Positions 27,881 to 41,263 of a stretch of 64,000 nt of DNA are shown here, piece after piece. Within the stretch, counting starts at the first letter, position 1; every line of letters begins with the position of its first letter. The notes under the pieces were generated by a model. It did not search any database. It worked only from the letters and a program-made list of their open reading frames with translations, and was not told where the DNA came from. Location of the stretch: NCBI GenBank assembly GCA_964234715.1, contig OZ174279.1. One strand, written 5' to 3'. Source of the DNA: Podarcis melisellensis. Its lineage: Eukaryota. Made by a program: the position numbers and the translations under genes.

Positions 27881-28678
27881 AGCATAAATGCCTAAGAACA
27901 TAAAACAAGATCAGCCCTGCTGGATAGGAAAGTGGCCCCTCTAGTCTAGCAGCCTTTCCTCACCCTGCAGCAACACTCTCCCCTCCTGTGGGTTCCAGCA
28001 GCTGGTATTCGGACTCGAATATTGGACACAGCCTTATCCTCCATCTATCGTGGATTTGTCAAAGCCTCTTTTAAAGTCATCCTAAATTGGTGGTCATCAC
28101 TGTTGCTTGCGGGTGCTCATTCACATTGCATAAAAGGTGTGTAAGGTTGCAACCTTAATGTATTTCCAGAACGGCAAAGACAGGCTTGCTTCACTTCACT
28201 TGCAGAGCCTAGTATGTGTCTAGACACTCAGCTGGTTTATAACACTGGGGTTCACTCTTGAGCTAATCAAAGAAAAAAATTGTTTCTGAGAATGTGCAGA
28301 GTACCTTTCCCTCGCCACTGAGTAACCATATCAGTCCCCATTGCTGCCATACACTCAGGCTAAGGAGTCATTCTGCCATAAGACGACACCTCACCTCTCG
28401 TTAGAATCGTAGCACTAAGCATTGCGTCCCTTAATACTTAAAAGGGCTTTAAAACAATTCATTAAAAACACAAGGGACACTCAGCTCTCCACCCACCTCC
28501 AGATACCATTCGGCAGCCACGCCTTCCCCTTCCTTATCTTCCCCCGCACAATCTTGCAGACTAAACTTATAAAGTCTGCGAATATTTATTACACGGGGGA
28601 ACTAAATACACCCCCCTTACAATTCTGTTTTGGAGCAACAGCAAGACCGGAAGCGAAAGGAGGGGGGGTCGGTCCTTT

Positions 28679-28680
<2 letters not shown>

Positions 28681-28755
<75 letters not shown>
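28681..28755. repeat. Compound microsatellite (TC)n(CA)n
   Basis: About 26 TC units directly followed by about 12 CA units. Confidence 0.97.
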
Positions 28756-28757
<2 letters not shown>

Positions 28758-29426
28758 TGCGGGTACTGAAATCCTCCCCCGCTTCGCGCCAAACCGACTC
28801 CAAGTCTCGTGTTCATCTTTTCAGTCCTACAGTTTCACTGGCCCTCACCTAGAGGGTTTTCGGAACACCAGATGTATGTCAAGGAGGTTCAAATAATTTC
28901 TCTTAATCCTTTCAAAAAGAAGCCGGTCGTGTCATAATTTCACACCCCCACACCCCCGATGTGTTGTTTCTGTGTCCCATCACCACGAGCATCAGAACCA
29001 AAATCCTCCCCCAAGCGGCACCCTCGACTCCTTCTCCGTCGGCGGAATGGGGCTCCGTGGACCTCAGCGAATCCCCCCTCTCTAGGGGTGGGTCCTGGAG
29101 GAGGGAGACGGACCCGGCTGCGATGAGGGACTCTTCGCTCGCCACTTTCCCCCTGCTTCACAAACCCAGCCCCGGCGTCCTGGCCAGTCTCGGTCCCGAG
29201 GCAACGCCTGTGGGGCAAAGATCCGTCTCAACCCACCCGCCCATTCATTAAACGCTATAGAGAAACCCACGTTTTAAGGGACTTACGAGCAACCACAAGT
29301 CACATTCGGCTGCTTAGGCAGGACGATCCACTGAGGACAAACGAACTAGCAATCCTTTCCGAAGTACCGATACTGCCCCTTTCCCACGCTGAGGGTGGGG
29401 GAAGCAAGCAAACCATTCCCCCTTAC

Positions 29427-29442
29427 CTTTATATTTATCCAT
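29427..29442 (-). CDS. AFAP1L2: Actin filament-associated protein 1-like 2 (XB130), first coding exon MDKYK+G
   Basis: CCAGG-ATG-GAT-AAA-TAT-AAA-G|GTAAGG: good Kozak context and strong donor. It resembles the recalled human N-terminus MERYK|A, lies in a CpG island, and is downstream of ABLIM1 on the same strand as in mammals. Only 5 codons are visible. Confidence 0.75.
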
Positions 29443-29979
29443 CCTGGATCCTTCTTTTCTTTTTATTTAGTTTTCAATTCTGGCCGCGTAGGGCAGGGAG
29501 ACCTTGCATAGGAGGAGGACTCGGGTTTCCCACGCTCGCCCCTGAGTTAAAGCCCTCTCCCCGCGGGACGCGCCGGCTCGCTCCTTCCTCGCCCGCGCCA
29601 GGCTGCATTGGCGTCCCAAGCAGCTCTGCCTCTGCCTCTCCAGATCTCCTTGCTCCGGCTGGCTCCCTTCGCGCCGAGCGCCGCCCCTTCCGTGACATCA
29701 CGGCACCGGGATCTACTGGGGCTAAAGGAGCTGGCTTGCCCGAGGGGGTTTTTGGGGAGCGGCGGGGCCTCTGCGGTGGTTGCCCCTCGAAAGTTGCATC
29801 ATCACCACACGACGCCCATCCTCCCTTCTTGGTCAAGTACTTATCCAAACGCGGCATGTATTAATTTATGTGTATTAATTTAACGTTAATAAGGGAACAA
29901 AAAGCAGCTGTTTTCGCCTCGCAGTGCCAACGCCTTGGAAACGGAGAGATCGGCTTCAAAGAGAATGATCAAATTCGGA

Positions 29980-30115
29980 AGGTGGTGGACTTTTCTTCCT
30001 TGGAGGTTTTTAAGCGCAGGTTGGACGGCCACCTGTCGTGAATGATTAGCTGTGGTTTCTGCATTGCAGGGGGTTGGACTAGATGACCCTGGGCGTCCCT
30101 TCCAACTACGATTCC
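29980..30115 (+). mobile_element. CR1 3' end fragment within the CpG island
   Basis: CCTTGGAGGTTTTTAAGCGCAGGTTGGACGGCCACCTGTC...GGGGGTTGGACTAGATGACCCTGGGCGTCCCTTCCAAC. Confidence 0.8.
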
Positions 30116-32231
30116 TCTGTACTAGATAAGGGGTAATAGCAAACTGCAGGAAGAAGAGGGCGCGGGCGTTTAATAGGCGAGGGTGCTGCCTCCCTCGCTG
30201 GAAACGGGCTTTGCAAAGCGAGAGAGAAAATCAGAAGAGTTTGCCAGCGGGGATGCAAGTTGGAGCGCGGCGCTGAGCAGAGCTGCTGCGAAGATTAGAA
30301 AGTTGGCCAGTGGAGTCGGAGAGGACGAAGGCTGCAATCCCACAGCCCTGTTGGAAGTGCTTCCCTGCCCTTCCGGACAGGTTAGAAATTGCAGCGACTT
30401 CCGCCTCAGCCAGGGAAAACACTCCCTTCCCCCCGAACCCTGAGTTATCTGCAAGATTACACGAGCTGAACACTTTGAAGCCAGAGTGTTTGCTGAATAT
30501 AATTTGTAGAACAGGAGCGATTTTACGCATCTTTTTAAAAAAGGTTCTCTGTACAGTTGCAGAAACGGGAGAGGAATGCTCAGCACTTTCAGGGAGATGC
30601 ATGGGAATAAATCAGTGGCTGTTGTTTCTAGCCTTAGAACAGGAGAGGGAATTCTCAAGCCCTGGCATCATGCAGCCCTCAAAGCTTCTAGAATCTAGAT
30701 CCAGAGACTCTTCCCAAGCCCAACCCGCTTCTGATTCTGAGTGTTTTTGCCTGCCTGGAATGTGTCCTTGGACTCTGGTGATTCTTTTTGCTTCACCCTT
30801 GCCCTAGGTTTCCCCTATAACAGCCTTTCTCAACCTTGGGTCCCCAGATGGACTACAACTCCTATCATCCCTGGCTGCTGGCCCTTCTCACTAGGCTTCC
30901 CTAGAGTTTGGTGGGATAGAAATAACTAATAATTACTAATAATAATAATAGGAAAATACAGCTCTGTTGCAGGTTCAATGGTTTACATGCCCTGCCCTTC
31001 CTCTTTTAGGCCTGTTTAGCAACCTTGCCTATCTGTGCTTTCTTCAAAAAGCAGGCAAGAAATAACAGAGAAAAATACTTCAGAATTTGTCCAGCAGGGT
31101 TGGACAGAGTGAGGGGACTGCCTCAGGCAACTAACACTGCAGGACAGCAGCAGTCCCTTGGCTCATCCTTCTTGAGTCCTGAGCCTTGTGTACTAGAGGG
31201 GTATGACCTACACTCCCTGAAAAAGCCTGCCTCCTTCAGGTGCTAGGGCCAGTTTGCATGCAATGCACGATTGAGCAAATGTTCAGGTTCCTAGAGAGAT
31301 GATTGTGGTCACCATGGACCTGCTACTGCCAAGCTGCTTGGACCTAAGCCATGGTTTGGCCTACTGTTGCATCCCAACTGAGGCTTGCGCTTTGTCTCCC
31401 CCAGATAAACCACAAACGGCAAACCAAGAACAATACTTGGTTACAGTTCATTGTTTGCCTGAGGGGATAAACTTAAGAAAACTTTGTGATTCACCTGTGT
31501 ATTGAGCATACTCTCTCACTTTGTCTATTCAGTATTCCTAAAGGTTGCATAAGGACTTGGGTTTGGGACATCATTCTGAACACTAGAAACCCTAAGCCTT
31601 GGTTTCCATGTAAACACATTTAGGAATTGGGACTCAGGGAGAATATGGGAAATGCATGGTAAGCAGTAACCCTGGCCATAATTAACTCAGCAGGACAGCA
31701 TCACACATTTACTGTTTTAATTGGTCCTACTGAGTTTACTAGGATGACTCTGAAGTAAATTTCCTAAGCGGTGTAGTTTTAATTTTAACATCCTGGTAAA
31801 TAAAAGGAAATCCTTGTTTCAGATGTGGATTAAGTCCTTTGAAGACAATTGCATTCTGTGAAACATTCAGATATTCCACAAAGGATTGGCAGCTGGTTAT
31901 CTGGGTGGGATGATAGGCAATTTAACGCCAGAGGCTCCTGAGGAATCGATTCCTGCTGTATTTTTAACTGAAATGTAAATTTCAAGGTACTAGTTACATA
32001 ATAATCAGCAGCATAACTTTTGCACCAAAAGGTCTTTCCTTTGCCTAAAGTGGAAAAGCTTAATGAAAGCTTCTTTGCTAGGGAGCCTAAAGGAAGGATA
32101 TGGTTTCTCAGAACTGTGAGGTTACCATTTGTTTACTAATGGGGGGAAAGGCCATCCGTTAGAAAGACATAGTTAACATTTTCACTCAGTATAGTTTGAG
32201 ACAAAGCGTGTTCTCCATAACAGAGAGCACG

Positions 32232-32998
32232 TGTTGCGGTGGGGACCTAAAGGCCACCCCACTGTTGTTGGGCAAATTGGCCACATGCTGTGATTGGGCA
32301 AAGAGTGTTGCTGGGGAGAATGTTATGTTGCTAAATGGTGGGAAGGGTCAGAGGTCTTAAATACAGGGCTTGCAGCCTGGGGCCTTCTCTTGGGCTGCGT
32401 GCACCGGATCACCTGCCCACCCTCCCTGAAAAGGAGGAGTTGGTTGTCCTCTGACCTTGCTATGCCTGTCATGGGGTCATCTGCAGGGGCCTGGTAGGAA
32501 TTTTGTCCATTTGGCTGATTGGCTGTTGCCATTTGGTTTTTGTCTACTGCGTAGCAAATCGTTACAACTTGTAAGGTTAGCGGTTAGGCATTGGTTCAAA
32601 TTGGTTGGTGGAGGGGTAAGTGCCTACCCCTCCAATGGTGGTGCGGAAAGGGAATTCCGTTAAAGGAATCCAGGGGCTTGCCATTCTTTTCGTCCTTGTC
32701 CCTAGCATCGGACTTGGGCCGTGCAAGCCACCAGGAGCATGAGGGTGAGAAGTGAGGGACTGAGGCCCAGCTTCATTTTCTCCCCAAAATTGTTTCCCTC
32801 ACTGGCTTCCGCTGGAATCCGGAAGTCAGTTCTGTCCCAGGGGCAAGGACAGATAGTCGGAACCAATGCCCAAGCAACCACTCACGTGAGTGTATTTAAA
32901 TAAAGTTGTGGCCAAATTCATGCCAAAAACCTTAAACAAAAATTGATGTGTGAAGTGTGAGTTATTTGGGGTGGCCTGGGGGACCTCGACGTGTAACT
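32232..32998 (+). mobile_element. Probable solo LTR (~770 bp)
   Basis: Starts TGTTGCG and ends in a decayed inverse (GTGTAAC). GC-richer than the flanks, with AATAAA at ~32899 followed by a GT-rich U5-like tail. No clean TSD. Confidence 0.45.
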
Positions 32999-35900
32999 AC
33001 ATAATAGGATTAGACAACAGAGGTAAACTGGCTTTGTAAAAAATTAACACGTTCAAGTCCCTTCCGTATTCTGGAATGTGTACGTTTAGAAGATATTTTG
33101 GTGTATGCTAAAAACGTGTACTGCTAGTGTTTCTTAGAATTAAAAGAAAGTTGACAGTAGTTCCTGCTTTTTTCCTTTTTATTATTTGGACAAAAAGCAA
33201 AGACTGCCATGTTGGCCCATAAAGAACATTTGCAAAATTTCTTTATTAGGCTAATAGTGCACAATCTTTAGAGTCTTTAGAATTCTTCATGGTAGGAGGA
33301 GAATGGATGCACATCTCCAGTTAGAGATGAGGGTAAGTCGTAATTAGAAATAAGTATCTGGAACAGAATACTCTCTGTATTTTCAGTACAGAAATAGCAA
33401 AATATAATGGATTTTTTAAAAAAAGAAATATTTGAGGTCTGTGCTTTGTATACACCATCTCAATCAATACTTCAAGGGCACCAACATTATACCATTATAA
33501 ACAGCCAGGATCTCCCACCTGGAGCTCTTTCTGCCTCTTTGGTCTATCTAAAATATGATACCTGTTTGCTTGTGTGTGTGTTTTTAAATGTTTATCCAGG
33601 ATCTCCTGCACTAGGATCTCCTTGTGACCCATTCTCCATTTCAGAATGGCAATTGGACCATGTGCTACCTTCCTTTTCTCCTTCTAGTGATACCAGTTCT
33701 TTTTAGCGTAGATGATGACCATAATGATACATTAGCTCACAAACCAATAATTAAGCTTCCTGGCTGCCATTTTTAACCTTCAAATATCTCAAGTTAAGAA
33801 ACAAATCATGGCAAAACCTGGCATCATAAAGTCATATTAAACTAATAGCTCTGGGGAATAATCCTGAGTCACAAGAGGTAATTATGAACAGTAGTCAAGG
33901 CATAAGAGCCTCTGGCATTCCGAAATTACACAAATGTGATGTTAAACTGCTTTGGGTTCCCCAAGAGATGAAGTGTCAGGGTCAGTATGAACATGCAGTA
34001 GAATTAGAAGTGCTTGAGTGGACTGTACCACTGCAGAGGCCAGAGGTGTGGTGCCATTTTAAACGCTTCCGCATGTAAAAACAACAACCTTTAAAAACTC
34101 TCTGCAAATAAATAAAACCCAGTTCATTAGGGAAGTGTAGCCCTTTATCACTCAGGATCCTAGCCCCAATTCCATGGCACATGTAGATCAGGCTTTGGTC
34201 TGCAACTGGACTCAGGTGTGACAGAGTCACTGTACTTTCCATAAGGGCATTCATTCCTGCCATTATGGTCCTATCACCTTCTTCCAATTATGCCGTAATA
34301 CAGTCCTGCCCTATGACATTTGCCTCTGTACAGATATACAGCAGTTGAATGTAGCATTAGACTCTTGTCACTTAGGACGTATTACTTGTATCCAGAGAAA
34401 GGCAAACATCTTTAAAAAAATGTATTTGTTATTATTTGGGCTCGTGATGTTATCAGGCTGGTTAAGTTCATCTTGCTTTCAATACCCATTGCACCTGCAA
34501 ACGTTTAAGGGTCAACAGAATGCTTCATTTCCAGTCAGTGTATGTCCCATAACTTGCTGCTGACATCCTGTAACCTTTTATACCATAAATGGTTTTTTTT
34601 CTGGGTTGTTGTTTTTTGTCCCACTTTCGTTGCACTATAGTGCAAAGGTGTCCCTCCAGACAAATTGCAGAACAACTAATAAAGCGGAATGATGTGTGGA
34701 TGGTACAGTATAAATCCACCACTTTTTGGCATCCATCTGTCTTGGGAGAAAATGAAAGAGTGCGTCTTTGGGGTGAAGTCAAACCAGCCTTCATGTTTGT
34801 AGACATCTTTGTAGCGTAGAGTTAGTCTGCCAATGGACCTGATGCCTGAAGCCAGCTCCCTGTAGAGCATGTCCTTGGGGATCCACCGCTAATGCACTAT
34901 TATTGCTTCAATTACATGTTGCGGAATACACCCCATTAAAAAACCATAGTTTGGAAGGGCACTGGGAAAGTCAAGGAGGTTGGTCCTGGTCTGTATGTTA
35001 TTTCTGAGCCTGTCCTTGCAATTCAGGTCATATGAAATGCACCTCCCCAGCCCCATTTTCCTTGCTGCCCCCTTTCACCTCTTTCAACAAGAACCTTTGT
35101 TATTATAACACCAGATAAAGCCTTCTAGTCTTCATTGCACCTGAAACTCAGCACTGGCGGCATCTGACTCACCTTGCCACAGGGTAAGGCTGCCCTAGTA
35201 AAAATGCTCCCATCTTTTCCCATGAGATAAATGGTGCTTAGCTTCAAAACCAGACAACTCAAATCATTCCAGGAAGTGACTAGGAGCCTGTCAGATAAGT
35301 GTTGATAGGGAGAGCGCCAAGGGACAAAAGGAGGAAGTTGGACCAGGCAGTGTTGGATGGAGGACTTAAATGGGACTAATGTTGAAATGGGACCAGGAAA
35401 CACAAGTGACTCTGGGCTGGGATTCTGGTGAGGGTTTCTCGAGGGCAGGTAGATTTATTTGGTTTGTTTTTAGAGGTGGTCTTAGCTGTTTTTCTGGGCC
35501 CAAGGCTTCATCCTGGATGGAATATTTTGACATAGTTATCAACACAGCTGTGCCAATATGATGAACATGTGATGCCACATCATGAGTGGGGAATGTTTTT
35601 CAGCTAGAGAGCCATTTTCCCTTCGAGGAAAGCTTCTGAGGGCCACATGCCAGTGGTAGGCAGAGCATTGACTTAATTTTCCCTTGTGCAGTAGGCCAGT
35701 TTCAGCACATACAGTTCCCTCACTGTCCTTCATTCAGACAAACAAGAGACATCATAATAGTTCAATGAAACATTCCGGTCAGGCAAAATACTGGGGGTGT
35801 GAAGCACAGCCCGTGAAGGGAGTGGCTTGGGAGAGTTTCCAGGGGACTTTTGGCCCCTAGGTCTGAGGTTTCCCACCCATGTGCTACATGGTTACAATAA

Positions 35901-38537
35901 AAATCGCCCTTCCCCCAAATTGGACAGCTTTTGCAATTGGTCCACAAGCGTGCAAGTGTTGTGACGTCCATTTCTTTTATGATAATAGTGTACCAGCCAA
36001 AATAAGTTCATTTGAGAACCTGCTAAATAAAATCCATGATTTTGTATAAATCGGGGAATGCAAGTTAGTGGAATAGGTGTGGTAATCTTACTCAAGCAAA
36101 ACTAGAGAAGGGTGGGCAATGGTTCCACTCCCTGCTATCCTTTAGTGCTCCCTGTCCGTTCATGAAGATACTTTCCTTTTCGATGGGGTTGTGTCTTTAC
36201 TTTTTAAAAAAGGGAAGCCCAAATTTGTAGAATTCTCATGAGAGCCTTTCAGGCCCCAGCCAGATTGGGAGCATCACTCTCCGTTTTACAGAATCTGCTC
36301 TCCCATACCAGTTCTGAGCTGACGAACGGGTGTTTTTTCTGGAATATTCCCAGAGATAAAGTTTTGGGCCTTGGCTTTTTCCTTAGACACAGTGCACTTC
36401 AGTGCAGCCAAAGTCAATAGCCTTCTGCAGTTCTTCAAATTGCAGCTGCATATGGAGCTGCAGAATTTCTCACATAAACGTATAGCATGAAACTGAATTT
36501 ATGTCGACATATCATTGAAAAAATAATGGATAAAAAAATATTCTGTCACAGACTTCAACACAAACAAGACAAGTGGGAATAGCTTCTGGTTGACACATCT
36601 ATTGTGAATGGTTTCTCTCTCCCATCCTCCTTGCCCCCCCCCCCTTTCCACTTCTGCTGATTTTTATGTGAGATGAGAAGTCAGCTTTGTAAACAAGAAC
36701 ATTTCAAGCCTTATTTTCCCAGGCGGCCTAACAAATTCCACTGCTGTCTGCTAGCATCACTATGCATTTTGTGGAAATAGGTCACATTCTGCATATCTCT
36801 AACTGAAGTTACTATTGTTTACTTTTTTCCTTTTTTAAAAAAAGAGAAGTTGAGATAGTTGCTTCCCTACTTGGAAAAAAATCACTGTAATTCAAATGAC
36901 TTTTTTGAAGGGGTCTGATCTATGCGCATGAAGCAACTGAGAGAATATAAATAAAAGTTCAAAAGAAGAGGGAAACTTCCAGTGGGGATGAAACAGTTGA
37001 AATTCACTGGTTTGATAGGAAGATGGATGACTGGAAATACTGTTCTCTGACACAATTAGAACTTTATGTAGGACTTTAAAAAAAAATTGTATCTGACCTA
37101 ACATCCTGCTGTGAGGGTATTTCGGTTCTGCAGGAGCAGAACAGACACATTGGCCCCAATCCAACATGGAGTTAAGCCTGCTTAAGCCTGTGGATTCAAT
37201 GACCTTAAACCCGTTTAACTTAGTGTTGGTTTGTGACCCCTCTGTGCAAAAGAGCCTTAACAAATTCTAGATATCCACATAACTACTGCTTTTCAAGCTG
37301 TGCCTTCAAAATTCATTTATTTCAGTCATTTATGCCCTCCCGTTCCATTAGAATGTTCACCGTGTGTTAAAGTTTTTTAAATTAAAATATATATACAGAA
37401 TGACAATAATAGCAATAATGCAAGCCAACAACGGATAAAAGGAGGTAGCAAGCATCCTTGACATAAATGAGCTATCTAAAAACACAGCCACAAATTTAAA
37501 AAGTGCATACAGAGCAGATAACACATTAAAAACATTGCAATAATTAAACTGAAAGCTGTGATCTAAGCACAGAAACCAGGCAACAATAAAAGCCTCTTGA
37601 GGTGTAAGGTTTTAGAGGTCGTGAACTCTCCATTCTTGGAAGTTTTAAAGCAAAGGTTTATCTGAATGAAGGTTGGAGATGGGTGCATATGCAGAAACCA
37701 CTGACCTTTGCATGGCAGAAAATGTACAAAGCAGAGAGTCCTATCTGTTACCCTTTTATTTCTGAGACTTGTCTGCTTTTTCCTCTGTCCCCTCCCACCA
37801 CAGGCATGTGGCTCCCAAAAGGTTGCCCACAAGGGAATGTGGCCCTCACTTTGCAAAAAGGTTCTCCATCCCTGTTCTGATGTACATACTGCAGCACTTT
37901 GTGCATTTACATCAGCCACTCCCCCAAAGGCTTCTGGGTTATCTAACTGCAGCCTGGCTGCTTGTCCTGCTCCCCACAAGGTGATAATTGGGACTAAGCA
38001 CTTACCAGAATGCCACAGAGATTTCTCCTGGCAGCCACTTAACATTTAATTGGGGTATTAACGCCACCAAAGAAGCAATTTCCAATAATGATTCATTCAC
38101 TAGCTGTCTTGAAAACAGTTTAGGATTATAAGCTTGCCTGCAGCTTTGGGTTCACAACAACTGGCCAATGCATGGCATTCCTTTAATCAAGGTCCACTGT
38201 ATTTACCATGCCTGCCGGGATTCTAGGTTCCACAAAAAAAGGCTTCCACAATAAATGTTAACATTTTTAACACTAGTGGTCACAAGTTGCTCAGCTGTGT
38301 GTTCATTTTCTCAGTTATATTAAAAATCCCAGGAAAAGAACTATATTTATTATAATTAGGGTTGTGTGTATGTATTTTATGATTTTTGTCAGTAACCTTA
38401 ACCCAGCAAACGTAACCCAAGAGTTTTTGATTTGCTATGTATGCTGACTCCGTACCGTTTTGTTATTTCTTAATAGTTTACACATCTCCTTTGGTCACCA
38501 AAATGCTTTTATGAATTCATATCTTGTTCTTCCTTGT

Positions 38538-38631
38538 GTGTATCTGAAGAAGTGTGCATGCACACGAAAGCTCATACCAAGAACTAACTTAGTTGGTCTT
38601 TAAGGTGCTACTGGAAGGAAATTTTTTTGTT
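38538..38631 (+). mobile_element. Short Penelope-like retroelement fragment with a minimal hammerhead ribozyme motif; 14-bp TSD
   Basis: GTAT-CTGAAGA-A-GTGTGC-AT-GCACAC-GAAA-GCTC-ATAC. TSD TTGTTCTTCCTTGT at 38524-38537 and 38632-38645. Confidence 0.75.
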
Positions 38632-38779
38632 TTGTTCTTCCTTGTATTATGTCTGCAGCCATTTCTGGCATTTTGATTACGGTATGTTTACACCTGCAAG
38701 GTAGGCTACTTTGCAGTGCATTATGCCATAATTCATAGAATCATATAGCAGGATGGGGGCTCAAACTCATGCAGGAAAC

Positions 38780-38914
38780 TAGGGTTGCAAACAAAAAAAG
38801 AGGACACATTTGCCAACTTCTGCTTTTAACTATGGATCGTTATGATGACTCTCATTTTACATACCCCTGAAAAAAAGGACGTGTCCTGGAAAAAAAGGAC
38901 ATATGGCGGTCCTA
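38780..38914. mobile_element. hAT-like MITE (opposite orientation to 41135-41263)
   Basis: Termini TAGGGTTGC / GGCGGTCCTA. The interior is the reverse complement of the 41135 copy. Confidence 0.65.
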
Positions 38915-41134
38915 AGAAACATTGGGCTCATTTGGGTTGTGACTGCAGGACCTCTTGCAGCTTAAAATCCTTAATACAAAATCGGAAGACTATGGCAGCA
39001 TAGTGGCTGTTTAAAGCTGATATAGGCTCTTGACTTTGCTGAACTCCTGGGCCCTTAAAAATAAAAATCATAATCTGTAAATGATTTTTTTTGAAAAAGG
39101 CACCCTCTTGAACAATTCATGACACTTTCCCTTTATCCAAGCTACGGAACCCAATCAGGACATGCTACCAAGGTCCTTCTACAAAAGACAGGACTGAAGT
39201 CTTATTTAGTTACAGCTTCAAACCATTAAAAGCACAAGCAAAGATAACAAACAAGTATATTGGTGTATATGTAAATAACATTTTTGTTTCAGATTTCTCC
39301 CCTTGCTTTGGAGGAAACAATTTTTTAAACAGATGTGGTAAAGGAGGGGGGGATGACACTTGAAGTCTTATGTTGTAGTTCCTAAAGGAAGTGGTCCCAA
39401 GGAGCCATATATATTTAACAGCAAATTAGTGCTGACATTTGACTGTGTTTCAATCAGATCTAGTTTTTGGCACTGTTATCTGTATTTTTAACATGCTGTG
39501 AAGATTCACTTTACCAGCTGCCTTGCTGGGTTGGGGAACGTAGTGCATTCCTTCATCATTACTCAGGGGTCAGAAACTCAGAATTATTTTAGTATCAGGG
39601 AAACAGGAAATAAAATGAGGCTTTTAGAGTTTGAAGGGTTTTTTGTTTTGTTTTTTGTTTAAATGGGATTAAAAGTCTGCTAGTAAATTCTGATATTGAA
39701 GAATGCCAAGAGAGAAGGATTTGAAGCCCCATTGTGAGGGTTAATAGTAAATGAACAAACTGCTTCTTCACGTGGTGGCAAATGTTGTTTATAATGAATA
39801 GGAGAATTATCAAGTTTCTCAAATATGAAGCAACTTTGGGGTTGAAACTTTCAAATTGGACGTTTATTCTGAAATTCAGTTGTTAAGTTTTGCAGATCAC
39901 TGATATGTTTTAGATGTGAGTTGTGACACTGCTAGTTTGGCATGGTGGCGCATGCCACCTTAAGCCACAATGGCATCAGGTTTTCATTTGCCCATGTGTT
40001 TGAAATCAAACCTGGTGAGCGAAGGCACAGCACTTTGCAAGTGCCGACAACCAAGCTGATTTGTACCAATGATAAAGTCTAATGCCTTTTCAAACATCCT
40101 GGTGACTGTATGTGGTTTGCAGGCACTGCTAGTCACCTGATAGATGGTACCTGCAAAGCCCACTGTTGGCCCAGCTGCATCTTTAGCTGCCTCTCAGATG
40201 AAAACAGATGGGGCAGGTGGGCTTCACTTGGCCAAAATAGTGTCACAGACAAAATGGGGAAGCCTAAACATGAGTTGAAGAACAGAAACTGAATATTTCA
40301 CTTAAAAATAGGGATCCTAGCCCAGACATGGACTAACTTAAGGCATGTGGGATCTACTCTCTCTCCCAACCCCCAAATCCCAGTCCAGGCTGTGTGTGCA
40401 GAGCTAAGCCAGTTACAGAGCTAAGACAACATCCCTTGAGTTATTACCGGGAACGAACTGTATGTGCAAGTATAAACCTACATGTGAGTTAGCACAGAAC
40501 AGAGATTCTAACAGCTGAATTTAAGGAGAAACGTTTCACTGCTGTTTTTATGGCAGCAAGAGTCAGAAACTCTCGCTGGTCTACTGAAAATCGGCCATCA
40601 GTCTACCAATAAATAGATCTACTTCCTGCCCACACTTGTCCTAGATTCAGATACAAATTCCCTCTGAGCATATTGGCTGAGTTTGCCATTATGATCTGCA
40701 AGGGATTCATCAAGGCTTCGTTCTTTCCTCTTTAATTAGTGCTTCTGTTTGTGTTGCCAACATCTCTTGTGGTTCCAGTCTGCAGCCAGCCCTTCAACAA
40801 CAGACACACAGGCTCAAAGCACCATTATTGTTCTTTTTTCCTGGGTATGCACATCCTAAGTACCTGTGAGATGTGCCTTTTGAGCCCACAAACCCTCAAA
40901 GCAGGCTGCATATGCAGTTGCTGGTGTTTGCTGATGCTTACAAAGAAAAGGCCAGATGAGCAGCTTTTTCTGTGGCAACGCACTTTTAAAGTAGGGTGGT
41001 GAGCGCAGCTCTGCCCGCTTCCAGCCATCCATGTCTGTTGCACAGCATTCATCCTGGTCCTACTTCCTCCAGGTTGGGAAAGCCATAGTTTAATCATCAG
41101 AGCCACTTACTGGACATTCAAAGAATTGACACAT

Positions 41135-41263
41135 TAGGGTTGCCATATGTCCTCGTTCCCAGGACACATCCTCTTTTTTTCATGGGTAGAGCTGTCATAG
41201 TGATCCATAACTAAAGGTAGAAGTCTGCAAATGTGTCCTGCTTTTAAAAATATGGCAACCCTA
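41135..41263. mobile_element. hAT-like MITE with perfect 14-bp TIR
   Basis: TAGGGTTGCCATAT ... ATATGGCAACCCTA. Confidence 0.8.

Larger units (their letters stand above)
28760..30440. promoter_or_regulatory. CpG island / probable AFAP1L2 promoter and 5' UTR
   Basis: Sharp rise in GC and CpG density compared with the rest of the window. GC-box-like CCGCCCC and a CRE-like TGACATCA inside the inverted repeat CCGTGA-CA-TCACGG (~29690-29703). Contains the ATG exon at 29442. Confidence 0.8.

Noticed and set aside
28567-28816. ORFs with ERERER / CVCVCV runs
   Set aside because: Translation of the (TC)n(CA)n microsatellite.
28850-29270. GC-rich ORFs and a minus-strand donor-like TAG|GTGAGG at ~28850
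   Set aside because: ORFs are expected in CpG-island DNA, and no ATG-initiated frame reaches the donor. Non-coding exon use is possible but unsupported.
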